A stretch of DNA of 60,987 bases, filler included, from Globobulimina sp. (taxonomy: Eukaryota), in NCBI GenBank assembly GCA_003354225.1. It is 12 parts of 12 records of this genome, joined end to end, with 100 filler letters (N's around TTAATTAATTAA, not from the genome) between each part and the next. Parts side by side here need not be neighbours in the genome. Positions count along the whole stretch, not along the records: positions 20,390 to 25,382 come from PIVH01000787.1; positions 25,483 to 30,475 come from PIVH01000788.1; positions 30,576 to 35,566 come from PIVH01000789.1; 9 more parts are not named here. One strand, 5' to 3'. The first letter of the stretch is position 1, and every line of letters begins with the position of its first letter. This document shows positions 24,328 through 35,666 of this stretch, piece after piece. The position numbers and the translations under genes are program-made. The notes under the pieces are model-generated. The model worked only from the letters and a program-made list of their open reading frames with translations. It was not told where the DNA came from and made no database searches.

Positions 24328-25382
24328 ATGAACTTTTGCAAAGGGTGTTGTAAAAACGAAGACGAATTGGAAGACCCAGCACAACAAAACGTAATTGACA
24401 CAGAAGAGTTACACGAATCAGCTTCTCTTGCATTGGGGTTGGAGAAATGTTGGGAAAATACAGTAAAATCATTCAATGAAAATTTATCATGTGGCAACGC
24501 AGGTATTTTTTCATTAGCCATGAAACAGTCATTAGAATCAGCCATACCGCATTCAATCGCAAGTAATTGGATAATGGTTGGGATTAATTTTGCCGCCACC
24601 ATTTTATTAGCGACTTCTTTTCAGGCATTTCTCAACGTTGATACAATAAAAAATAATTTAGAAATATCAGAAACATACAAACACCGTTCTAGGTCAAGAA
24701 TGCTTACTGTGTTTTTCAGAGATTTGCAAGATTTGGATGCAATAATCGATGCAAAAGAAAGCGAGGAACAAATTGAAAAACAGGAAAAAGATCAGTGGTC
24801 TTTAAAACTCGGGTTTCAGGAACTGTTGCTTGGCACATTCGGTGTTATGACAGCACAACAAACAGATATTGCACTGTACCAATTGTATACTTCCTTGCTG
24901 GGAGATCACATCTCAAATAAGTTTGTAACCAAACTCACATTTGCTATAATTATTACGTTTGTAGCCGTCGCCATTATTGTTCGATTGGCGGGAATGTATT
25001 CCAAGGCAAAGATAACTATATCAGAGAAAGTGGAAAAACAGCCATTATCTGAACTTAGGTGGGACTTACTTTGGTATGCTAAAAGCCAACAATTTATTAT
25101 TTTAAGTAAAATGGTGATATCGTTTGTTGTGGCATGGGCTTGGGGTATAACCGTGCAATTATTTTCACAAAAGGTCGGTGACAATAAAGTTAGCGACTTG
25201 GCGAGATATTGGATTTGTGTCAGTGTGGTTACACTTGCTTTGTCATTTATGCTCGCTATAAGTGATAAATATTATTATCCAAGAAATGCGTAATGCCGAA
25301 TTTTTCAATATTACGTTGTATATGAAACACATGATAATAATGACCGATTATAGAGATTACGAGTATCGATATTATGACAGAT
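24328..25382 (+). CDS. Multi-pass membrane protein, probable intron 25290-25353, 3'-truncated
   Basis: Hydrophobic segments; SFVVAWAW resembles AVSFAW in 20893-22503. A GT-AG intron removes the ORF stop and gives an open frame to the contig end. Confidence 0.6.
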
Positions 25383-25482
25383 NNNNNNNNNNNNNNNNNN
25401 NNNNNNNNNNNNNNNNNNNNNNNNNNTTAATTAATTAANNNNNNNNNNNNNNNNNNNNNNNNNNNNNNNNNNNNNNNNNNNN

Positions 25483-25654
25483 GCACAGAATCAAAACTTT
25501 TCGTTTTATGCATACAAACAGACGGAGATTTTATGGAATATCAAATTTTACGTCCTGTGATACAATACCTTAATCAACAATTCCATGAACAAGACCGTGT
25601 GAACCAAATAGAGAATAAATTCAACCCTTTCTGTTGTGATATACATATTCGTTA
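25483..25654 (+). CDS. 3' end of a hypothetical gene
   Basis: Open frame from the contig start: TESKLFVLCIQTDGDFMEYQILRPVIQYLNQQF...DIHIR*. Confidence 0.35.
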
Positions 25655-25707
25655 ATTATCCTGCTACATATATACCGGTACACAAATATTAGTTTCCTAC
25701 GTTGACC

Positions 25708-25804
25708 TGTAAGTAATGCCGTCGTTACCCATAGACAACAAATGTACACCAGCTTTTTAACCTGTACGTAAGTAATGCCGTCGTTACCCATAGACAACAA
25801 ATGT
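25708..25804. repeat. ~37-bp direct repeat x2 overlapping the predicted start of the next gene
   Basis: gtaagtaatgccgtcgttacccatagacaacaaatgt at about 25708 and 25768. Confidence 0.85.
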
Positions 25805-27625
25805 TTGTATTCTGCTGCAGACCATTATCGACATTACCTACCACAAGAGCTACATTATAATCATGAAACATTAGAACAAGTATTGAACATTAAAAATATA
25901 CAAACATTTCGTTCTCAGCAACTTAACAACAAAAACGAATTATTGTTATATTCAAAATACATATTAACCTTAATTATATGTTGTATATCAATTAATGTAT
26001 ATCCGTGGATGCTTGCATTCATGAAAATAAACTATAATTATCTTATCATATTTACACTGGATGAATTTTATATACTTTTACAAGCATTATTTGCATTAAT
26101 ATTTTGTAAATCGTTTATCCCAAATAATAAATATTGCAAACGATTAGCATTTATAATATGGTTTATCATCAATATATTCATATCAACTCTAATTATTGTC
26201 ATATTACATTACATTGTACATATTCATAATGATGAAAAATATTATGTCCATATAAAATATCTATTTATTGCATTCATAAATCCATCATTTATGCCATTTA
26301 TAACCATAATTACTGTATATGTTTCTACACAATTTGTATTTATTACATATATGTCAGAAACACCAAATAATTATCAATTATTAGTAACAAATCCTATTCA
26401 TGATCCATATTATCGTCATGCATCAAACAATAACAAAAATAATAAGAACTCAACAGAATTAATGCATGTCGATGCTTGTACATATACACCAAATGGGAAA
26501 CACTTAACAATATCAAGTGAGAAATACAGAAACAAATACCATACGAAAAGTAGTTCCTATTTAAGCAGCTGTAAACATAACAATTGTAGCAATATTAATG
26601 ATGAATCGTCAGTATACTTACCATCGATATCGCTTTCAAGTGATTTGAGAACATCATATTCATTTTCTTTATCACAATCAGCAATGTCTGATCATAACAT
26701 AAATGATAGAAATCCATTAAAACATAATCAAGTATCAAATAATAGTAATCCATTAAAACATAATCACTTTATATTTTACCAATTTATATTCTTTTTTGTA
26801 TGGATGATATTATGTTTATTAGTATATGTTTCATTTTATATGTTACCAATCATTGCCAACAATGATTATATGATATGGGAGTATTATTATTTTGTTATAT
26901 TATTTTCAATGATTGCAATCAAATGGTTAATGAAAAAAATTGCTCGTTCGTTGGATGAATGTCAAATTACTGCATCCAAATTAAGATTGTTGTTTAGTTT
27001 GGAATATTTTTTAGAATTCTATTGTTCGGTGGTATATTGGAGCATATTTAGAATGATTATTAGTTATTATATACATTCAAATATTATGTTTTTTATTATT
27101 TCAATGTCACATTTATTTACAGAATTCATTCAAACTTCAATAAGATTTAGCAAGAAATATTTTAAACATTCGGAGTTATTACAATTAAAAGTACAAAAAA
27201 CATATGCTTCTAACTGTAAATGTATAACAAATTGGTTTTATATTAACATATTCAAAGATAACAGCAATATCTACCAATGGAGAATACGGTGTGCTTTAGA
27301 TATTGTGACACGATTTAATGTGGTTATAATAACAGGAATGTTTCAGACAATGTTAAACATTGTTGTTGATAATGATGTTACGCATATTGTTCAGGGAAAT
27401 AAGGGTAATCTTTATAATGGAATCGTTTTTGGGATTGAATTAATTTATTATATATTTGTTGTATTTATTGCAAGTTACTTTATATTTGGTAGTAATATAT
27501 TTGATGGATTTTGTTCTTTGCTTTTATGGCAAAATGATAATACAAAACTTATGATTTTTTCACGTTGCGTTGTAATATCAGTGATTTACATGTTTGGGTT
27601 TTTCGGATTTTTATTAAATAATTAA
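25775..27625 (+). CDS. Multi-pass membrane protein (about 4 TM, Ser/Asn-rich loop, about 7 TM)
   Basis: 616-aa ORF with clustered hydrophobic segments. Confidence 0.65.
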   Translation: MPSLPIDNKCLYSAADHYRHYLPQELHYNHETLEQVLNIKNIQTFRSQQLNNKNELLLYSKYILTLIICCISINVYPWMLAFMKINYNYLIIFTLDEFYILLQALFALIFCKSFIPNNKYCKRLAFIIWFIINIFISTLIIVILHYIVHIHNDEKYYVHIKYLFIAFINPSFMPFITIITVYVSTQFVFITYMSETPNNYQLLVTNPIHDPYYRHASNNNKNNKNSTELMHVDACTYTPNGKHLTISSEKYRNKYHTKSSSYLSSCKHNNCSNINDESSVYLPSISLSSDLRTSYSFSLSQSAMSDHNINDRNPLKHNQVSNNSNPLKHNHFIFYQFIFFFVWMILCLLVYVSFYMLPIIANNDYMIWEYYYFVILFSMIAIKWLMKKIARSLDECQITASKLRLLFSLEYFLEFYCSVVYWSIFRMIISYYIHSNIMFFIISMSHLFTEFIQTSIRFSKKYFKHSELLQLKVQKTYASNCKCITNWFYINIFKDNSNIYQWRIRCALDIVTRFNVVIITGMFQTMLNIVVDNDVTHIVQGNKGNLYNGIVFGIELIYYIFVVFIASYFIFGSNIFDGFCSLLLWQNDNTKLMIFSRCVVISVIYMFGFFGFLLNN

Positions 27626-27711
27626 CATTTCTCCTTTTACTTACAACTTTTGTGATCCTTTAATTTTGTTTACAGATTGTTATAAAAAACCAACGAGAGC
27701 GAAACAGCAGT

Positions 27712-29355
27712 ATGACACAACAAAACGGAGACAAATCATTTGATCTCGCTGTGTTAATTGATTCCGACGATCATTTTAATACAATACTATGCGGACCAAT
27801 TAGATATGAATTAGCTCCGCGATTTATTCACTTTAGCAAATGTAAAAAATATATGACCGGCGATATTATTGCAGTCAAAAAATCTTCGCATTTTGTTCAA
27901 GAAATAGATTCAGAAACATATATAAATGGATATATTAAAAATTCAGATGATGTTACAAATTCATTTAACAATATTACAAAAGTGCGATTATTTAAATTCA
28001 AAGATGAAAATATGTGGCTTAGTTATTTAAACCAACAAAAACATACACACGCCGACCTAATGGTTATTGTAAATAATAAAAATACCCCAATTTATTTATT
28101 ACATGATGTAAATATTAATTTTGTAGCTCAGTCCATCCAATTTAAGTCATTTAATGATTATCAACGGAATGATATTCAAATTTTAGCTATTTATGCAAAA
28201 CAATTCAAAAACTTTCCTATCGACAATGAATGGAAAATGCCATTAACCGCAGACGCAGATAAAATATTTAAAAATGGTGTATGTTATAATTTTAATGATG
28301 ACGAACCAAAAAATGAATTTCTTAATCAATCGTATGATGTCGCATTAATTACAAATGCTGAGAATAAGATTGAATTATTATTATCCGGAATTACATATAT
28401 TTATTCTGAGAATGCGATTACATTTAAGTCAGTGGTGCCGTACAAGAATGGGTATTATGATAAGTTAAGACAGTGTGGAAAACAAATAAAATCATTACAG
28501 ATTAATAATTATCGGTTATATGAGACACACGGAACTTATAAGTTTGATAAAGAATTTGTAGAAAATAAATGTATGTTATTTAATATTTGTAATATTGACG
28601 AATGGGTTGAATTTATATCAAAAGAAACCAGCTCAATGTATGATTTTGGTGTCATTACAAATAATAATGAACATCAAACATATTTTTTAAACAAAACGAT
28701 TGTTAATTGGATGGATAAAGTAATCTCATTTGGTTCTGTCGAAACATTTACTCCCAAACATCACGGATTGGTTACAAAATTTGGGAAATTAGTAAAACAA
28801 ATAAATTTAAAAGATTTTAGTATTGAAGATTTAGAAAATAATGAAATAAGTACTATGTATTTTTATCAATGGGAACTGTACAAAGAGACAGAAAATAAAG
28901 AAGAGATTGCTGATGATCTGAAAAAGAAAAATCGTAAAACAAAGAGTGGAATGCCGTATAACAGAAAACCTAAAAAAGAGAAAAATAAAAATAAAAGAAA
29001 TGGTAAAACAAAAAGTGAGATAAGACCCAAAAGAGACAGTAAAAAGAAAAAAGAAAAAAGAAGAGACTCAACAATTAAACCATCGGCAGCTAAAAAATTA
29101 AAAAATAATAAACCAAAAGAACATAAAAATAATAATTCAGATCCCAATAAAAATAAAGAGAGCGAAGCAGTGTCAAATAATGGTGGTGATGGTGTAGTAA
29201 GTGATTGCAATGAAATATGGGATTTATATGTACAAAAATATGGCATGGCACCAGGTAAAATTGATCATCTTCAGAATTTTGCCAAAAAAAATGATAATAT
29301 TAAACATTTATCGTATAAAGAAGTGCGTGAATTATTTAACGAGAGAGCAAAGTGA
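27712..29355 (+). CDS. Hypothetical protein with internally duplicated ~200-aa region and Lys-rich tail
   Basis: SFDLAVLIDSDD...ILCG versus SYDVALITNAEN...LLSG; DLMVIVNN...IQFKSF versus DFGVITNN...ISFGSV. Confidence 0.65.
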   Translation: MTQQNGDKSFDLAVLIDSDDHFNTILCGPIRYELAPRFIHFSKCKKYMTGDIIAVKKSSHFVQEIDSETYINGYIKNSDDVTNSFNNITKVRLFKFKDENMWLSYLNQQKHTHADLMVIVNNKNTPIYLLHDVNINFVAQSIQFKSFNDYQRNDIQILAIYAKQFKNFPIDNEWKMPLTADADKIFKNGVCYNFNDDEPKNEFLNQSYDVALITNAENKIELLLSGITYIYSENAITFKSVVPYKNGYYDKLRQCGKQIKSLQINNYRLYETHGTYKFDKEFVENKCMLFNICNIDEWVEFISKETSSMYDFGVITNNNEHQTYFLNKTIVNWMDKVISFGSVETFTPKHHGLVTKFGKLVKQINLKDFSIEDLENNEISTMYFYQWELYKETENKEEIADDLKKKNRKTKSGMPYNRKPKKEKNKNKRNGKTKSEIRPKRDSKKKKEKRRDSTIKPSAAKKLKNNKPKEHKNNNSDPNKNKESEAVSNNGGDGVVSDCNEIWDLYVQKYGMAPGKIDHLQNFAKKNDNIKHLSYKEVRELFNERAK

Positions 29356-29632
29356 GTGTATACTGTAGTAATATATAAATATCTTTTGTGAACAGTCTGT
29401 TTTTATTAATATACAGATATATGCGAATTAATTAATATATATATATTTGGCATATCCAAGTGTGATTTTTTTGTGTGTTGGAATTTTCTTTATGTGGAAT
29501 TTTCTTTGTGTGAAATTGTGATTGTTTGTGTATTATTATTATTATAGGAATGCCAACATTCTTCTTCGATTTTGAGTGAAAATTAGGAAAAGTTTCATTG
29601 TGGTATACAAATAATACATACCGCACGCGTAG

Positions 29633-29833
29633 TTAAACGATTTGTATACCGAAAATTCAATTATAAATTTGTTCTGACTTTGTTCTCGATTTGCAAACCC
29701 AACACAAAGTTATAACAAACACAGAACAAATCCAAGACAAATCTATAACTGTTTCAAGCGTTTCTCAGATAAGTGAATTAAATGTATACAACTTATCGAC
29801 CAGGGGGGGTATCTTTTGGAATATATCGTTAAG
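29633..29833. mobile_element. ~200-bp MITE of the same family as 10435-11503, flanked by TAG on both sides
   Basis: 29641-29676 is the exact reverse complement of 11421-11456; 29755-29833 matches 11552-11620 and the inverse of 10435-10510. Confidence 0.75.
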
Positions 29834-29909
29834 TAGAAGTAGCGCGTTACTCAAGCGACACATCATGATAAAAAAGGGAAAATCGAAAAATTACTGTAAA
29901 GCTAAATTG

Positions 29910-30475
29910 TTACAGCTTAGAACCTATAGATCTTGGTTTTAATGATGGAAATTTTCCTGCTCTCACTATTAAATCATGAACGGCTAAGTTATTGTGATAT
30001 AAATACATTTGAATTTTAGTGTATGGTGTTTCCATCGTTTCTATCTTCATATTTTCTATCTTCATAATTTCACCACAAAACGCATTTAACTCTTGATTTG
30101 CGTCATTTATTTCCGATTCATTTTGAACCAATGTCTCAATTTCCATCATATTGTAATTAAAATCAGTAAAATCCAGATCAATCGAATACTTTCTTTGATT
30201 GTAATCAATTTTATATTTTTTTCTGTCGGTAATAAACTCTGCAAAAGGAATCGGTTTATTAAACCAATCATTGTTTGATTCCTCTGTCGATAAAATAGAT
30301 GATATTTTGCTATGCACATTGTGGTAACCTTTGGCTTCATTGTAAATCGATGTACTTGTATTTGGTTTAAATTTGGTTGAATGAGGATGATACTTTAATT
30401 CCCATTCATTGTTTCTTGTTCTTAACCAATAGTCATTTTTCAATAATGTATAATTCTTTGTGTCTTAGAAGAAAT
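29910..30475 (-). CDS. THTPA: Thiamine triphosphatase-like CYTH-domain protein, 5'-truncated
   Basis: DYWLRTR...WELK, FAEFITDRKKY, IDLDFTDFNY...EIETLV, TKIQMYL. Confidence 0.75.
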
Positions 30476-30575
30476 NNNNNNNNNNNNNNNNNNNNNNNNN
30501 NNNNNNNNNNNNNNNNNNNTTAATTAATTAANNNNNNNNNNNNNNNNNNNNNNNNNNNNNNNNNNNNNNNNNNNN

Positions 30576-31981
30576 GATCTGTATTTAACGGATATATATC
30601 ATTTCGAGTAATATAATGTAATCCAAATACACCGCCCTCTTTCAACGAAAACGCGGTGACATTCATATATTCGTCCAACCGCTTTAAATGAACATGTTCC
30701 AACATTCCAATCGAGATTACTCCATCAAAATAATTTTCATAATCGACGTCAAATATTTTTCTATAATCCTTATAAACATATTTTAAATTATCCAAATGAC
30801 CATAACTATCCTCACTATATTTTACCTGATCCTTTGCCAATGTGATGCTAATAACTTCTGCCTCTGAGTCCGATGTGTTTGCGCCAGTAACATTTAAGAA
30901 ATATGATCCCGTGTATCCCCAACCACTGCCAATATCCAATATTTTTGCTTTCTTCATTTTATCATTTTTGATATTCATTTTATTCATCAATATTCTTAAT
31001 GTAGTAAGCAAACAAAACAATAGAATTTATACACTGCACTCAAAAACTCTCAACAAATAATACTATGATTGGCAAGTTTGCTGTACATAATATTCAAAAA
31101 AAGCTAAATGCATAGTATTAGTTTAGGATTTACTGAATTTTATTTAAGTACGTTTGTGTACCGCAAATTATCAAAGCATGGATTGGTTTGTTATGCGGTA
31201 CAAACACACTAACAATCATAGGCACGATATGTTGAACGAATTGTTGGGTCCTGACATACCTTAATTTGTTATCCTGTGAGTCATCCAACGAAGTAATATT
31301 ATGTTCTTCGTCAAAAAAGCCGCAGGAATACATCATAGTGCGCCCTAAATATAATTCGTAAAATGTTGTGTCAATATTATAATTATCGAATATTGTCTCT
31401 TTATGTTCATAATCTGTGAAATTCTTTCTCTTAAACGACGGATGTTCATAATGGAAACTAATGGTTTCAGCATCCTCTTGCAAGGTTTTTTCGGTTCGTA
31501 CTTCTCGTTCATACCAATCCTGCCATTTTGATAAAGATAAACAATCTAAAAACCAGCGTAATGTTCTTCCAATCACGGTTACTTCAAAAGAATTCGGGTC
31601 CCGATTATATGATGACTGCATAAACACTGTTAACACATCACCTAAGTCAGAATCATCGGACTCGGACCAAAATAGATTGAAATAAGCTTCGCCAAATCCG
31701 ATGGACGGATATTGCATTACTAATTTCTCAAAAAATAAGTTTTCATCATGCAATACAATGCTTGCATCGCATTTGGAGCGGGATTCAACACCAAATTTAC
31801 GCGTTGAACCATCTTCGTAAATCACACAAAATACTTTATCATTGTATTTAAATCTCTTACTAAACGTGTTTTCAACCAATGTCTTACAAATGCCATATTT
31901 TAATGCACTAAAATTTAGGATGTATCCTAAACCGATAGCGACAACGCCGACTATAATACTCACAACTTTCAGTAATGACAT
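30576..31981 (-). CDS. cfa: Cyclopropane-fatty-acyl-phospholipid synthase family methyltransferase with N-terminal membrane anchor; intron 30995-31259; 3'-truncated
   Basis: IGFGEAY, FYELYLGRTMMYSCGFF, LDDSQDNKL, ILDIGSGWG, SITLAKDQ, DYR, FDGVISIGMLEHV. Confidence 0.88.
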
Positions 31982-32354
31982 CGTTGTCGTTGATGTAACG
32001 AATTTCCAGTAAATTCCAGTGATAAATTTCCAGTAAATTCCAGTCACCAGCACTGCGACCAAGACTCTTTTTTATTATCTGTTTAATTTTCAGTGACTAA
32101 TAATGTCGTCTTTTGTAAACCCACCGTTTGTATCATTATGTCCTCTGCGATTTCGTTGTGAAGATGTCAAAACTGGACAGTGTAGCTTTCAGCATCCAGA
32201 TCTAGATTGTAAATACGGTCGAAATTGTTGCAAATTAAAAAACGTTTCTGGTCATATTATCATCGATCCAAATGATCATTTCAAAACCACGAAATTACAT
32301 ATCAATGCAAAAAATCATGACAAGAATCAACAAAATAAACTATATTTATCCAAA

Positions 32355-35300
32355 ATGCTTTTGTTGATGCTATGTTTCTCAGTGTTCCTACCGTTAGCAC
32401 AAAGCACAAGATTTTGTCGTAAATACGGTAACTATCCAGAATGCGGCAGCTCAGGAGCTGTAACAGCTGTATGTGGCAGTGGTGGGAATGCCGATTGTAA
32501 TATATGGTGTGGTCAAGGCGGCATCTATCAGGTATTCGATTGTTCATATTCTTGGATGGGCGAATACCAATCATACCCATGGATTGGTTATTCATATGGA
32601 GTCAATAGCGATTGTGGTCCAGGGATGTATGTAGTTGGCATATGTGGTAGTGGTGAAAATGGAGACTGTGTATGTGTTAAATATTATATACATTTTGTAT
32701 AGAAACGGTACATATAAAACCAACGGAAAACATAAAAAACATAAAGAACGGTGCTTATTTTGCAGTTAAATGCGCATCCAAAGCAGATATAACAGTAAGT
32801 GATAATTGTAAGTGGTATGCAGCTAATTATGGTGGCCTTGTAACTTGCAACACAAACTGGGTCGTAACGGGCTATTGTGGCAGTGGTATGAACAGAGATT
32901 GTTCAGGCACTACAATTCGAGTAAAATGTTGTGAAGTATATACGCCGTATGTTATATAACATTAATTAATATATCAACACACCATATGTACTATGCATGT
33001 TGCGTTTTTCCCCCAGATATCCAACTACTTCACCTACACTCACACCTTCAATAGCTCCATCTCTTCCACCTTCTTTAGCACCCACTTTAGCGCCAACAAG
33101 CAATCCTACTCCGGCACCAACGAGCAATCCTACGCCAGCACCCACACAAAATCCTACTCCTGCACCAACGATCAATCCAACGCCATCACCAACGAGTAAT
33201 CCAACGCCAGCACCAACAAGCAATCCTACTCCCGCACCAACTCCAGCTCCAACAAGCAATCCAACGCCAGCACCAACGAGCAATCCTACGCCAGCGCCCA
33301 CACAAAATCCTACTCCATCACCAACAAGCAATCCTACGCCAGCACCAACGAGCAATCCTACTCCCGCACCAACTCCAGCGCCAACAAGCAATCCTACGCC
33401 AGCACCCACACAAAATCCTACGCCAGCACCAACAGGCAATCCTACTCCAGCACCAACTCCAGCGCCAACACGCAATCCTACGCCAGCACCGACAAAAAAT
33501 CCGACACCGGCACCAACGAGCAATCCGACACTTGCGCCAACCAGCAGTCCAACTCCCGCTCCTACACGTAATCCAACACCAGCACCCACCATAAATCCTA
33601 CACCAGCACCCACAATGACACCAACCCAGCCACCCACCTTAGCACCAACCCAATCCCCCACATTAACTCCTTCCCGCTCACCAAGCATAGCACCAAGTAA
33701 TGCACCTACTTTATCTCCTACACTTGCACCATCCCTCGCACCCACACTAGCTCCATCATTAGCTCCCTCATTGGCACCTACTTTGGCGCCCAGTAATGCC
33801 CCATCATTAGCTCCAACTACACCACCTACACTCGCACCTTCTTTAACACCCACTTTAGCACCAACACTGTCTCCATCATTAGGTATACTAGTATTTTACA
33901 CCATAATTTGCAAACACAATATGGACAAATAGCTAGAAACAATATACTGTCAGATAGAAACAATTAATATTATGTGCAGTATATTGTTTCTTGCCATATA
34001 TACATTAATTATTATAAACTGATATACATAGCTCCATCACTCGCACCAACATTAGCTCCATCCTTAGCACCCACTCTTGCACCTTCCTTAGCTCCTTCAT
34101 TAGTTCCCTCATTAGCACCTACATTGGCACCCACTCTTTCACCTTCATTAGTTCCTACATTAGCACCTACATTAGCACCTACTTTAGCTCCCTCATTAGC
34201 GCCGTCATTGGCTCCTTCATTAGCTCCATCTTTGGCTCCGAGTCTTGCGCCTTCGCTGACTCCTTCACTTACACCATCCTTAGCTCCTTCATTGGCTCCA
34301 TCCTTAGCACCGTCAGTTGCCCCATCCTTAGCTCCATCCTTGGCACCATCCTTGGCTCCATCCTTAGCTCCATCCTTAGCACCATCACTTGCACCATCAT
34401 TGGCACCTTCCTTATCACCCACTACACCACCAACAGCAGCACCTAGTTTAGCACCAACCGCATCGCCGACACCGACATGTAATAATGCAAAATATAAATC
34501 ACATATGGTATCATCTGATGTATTATACAGCGGTGAATCATTAACTTCACAAAATTGTCGATTTTTATTGACCATGGAAGGGAATGGCAATTTAGTATTA
34601 ATTGGAACTGTTGGTCGATATGAAGATCCATTTGAAAAAAATGAAAACGGAGATTATGTCAATAATATAAATATTATGACATGGTATGTTGGATGGTTTA
34701 CAAATACATCAATTACTAATACATCCGGCCAATCTGTGGCAAAATTAGTGTTACAAAATGGTGCGTTGGTTGTGTATGAAGAGAGATTTAAAAATGTTCC
34801 TGGAATTCCTGCAATTTTATTATGGCAAAGTACTGATTTTGATGGTGATATAAATGAATTAGTACTGGGACTAACAGATCATGCCTGTATAGTATTAAGT
34901 AGATATAAAAATAATATGCAGCTGGATGATGATTATAAGAATGCTATCTGGTATATTTGCGCTAAATTTATTGATCCAAATCAAAATAATAACAATGGAG
35001 AAACAATCAGATCATTAAATACTACATCAAATATATATTCAGATACTGAAAGTGGAGACGCATTGAATGAAGATCCGAAGAGAAATGAAAAACAATTGTT
35101 GTGGATTTTGTTATTAATAGGAATGGCAATTTTTGCTGTTTTGTTAGTAATTGCGATATACAGTGTGATTAAAACAGTAAAACGAAATTCAATAAATGAG
35201 AAAGAATCGATCTTCACCAATGCCAATAATCCAGGCCATTTTGGTGATTATGATGATGTTTTGGATGATGAGGGGTTGGAAATGGACAATGAAACTACTA

Positions 35301-35383
35301 AACAAATTGAGAAATGGTGTATGGAAACGGATATGGATATGGATAATACACAAATACTAATGAATGAAACAAATGAACAATAA
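32355..35383 (+). CDS. Type I membrane mucin-like protein: signal peptide, three CGSG Cys-rich repeats, PTxN/LAPS stalk, bulb-type lectin-like domain, TM, acidic tail; introns 32670-32746, 32947-33016, 33883-34031
   Basis: MLLLMLCFSVFLPLAQS; AVCGSG..ADC, GICGSG..GDC, GYCGSG..RDC; PT repeats; DVLYSGESLTSQNCRFLLTMEGNGNLVL (B-lectin-like); LLWILLLIGMAIFAVLLVIAI. Confidence 0.8.
33017..34473 (+). repeat. Coding minisatellites (PTSNPTPA and LAPS/LAPT units)
   Basis: 12- and 24-nt periodic units with third-position variation. Confidence 0.9.
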
Positions 35384-35666
35384 TAACAATATTTTTTTAA
35401 GTAAAATATATATTAATATAATAAATTTTTTTAATAATGGACAATGATAATTGTTTTGTAACTGTATAATATATATTAATATAATAAATTTTTTTAAGAT
35501 TGAGTGTGAATAATTATGTTAATTTTTTTTTAAGATTGAGTGTGAATAATTAATTTAATTATAAGTNNNNNNNNNNNNNNNNNNNNNNNNNNNNNNNNNN
35601 NNNNNNNNNNTTAATTAATTAANNNNNNNNNNNNNNNNNNNNNNNNNNNNNNNNNNNNNNNNNNNN

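Noticed and set aside
32966-34590. Antisense GAGVG-rich ORFs resembling elastin or silk
   Set aside because: Shadow frames of the Pro/Thr mucin repeats on the + strand.
35405-35555. Short AT-rich duplications (also 13309-13380, 32001-32045)
   Set aside because: Ordinary local slippage duplications in AT-rich or UTR sequence.
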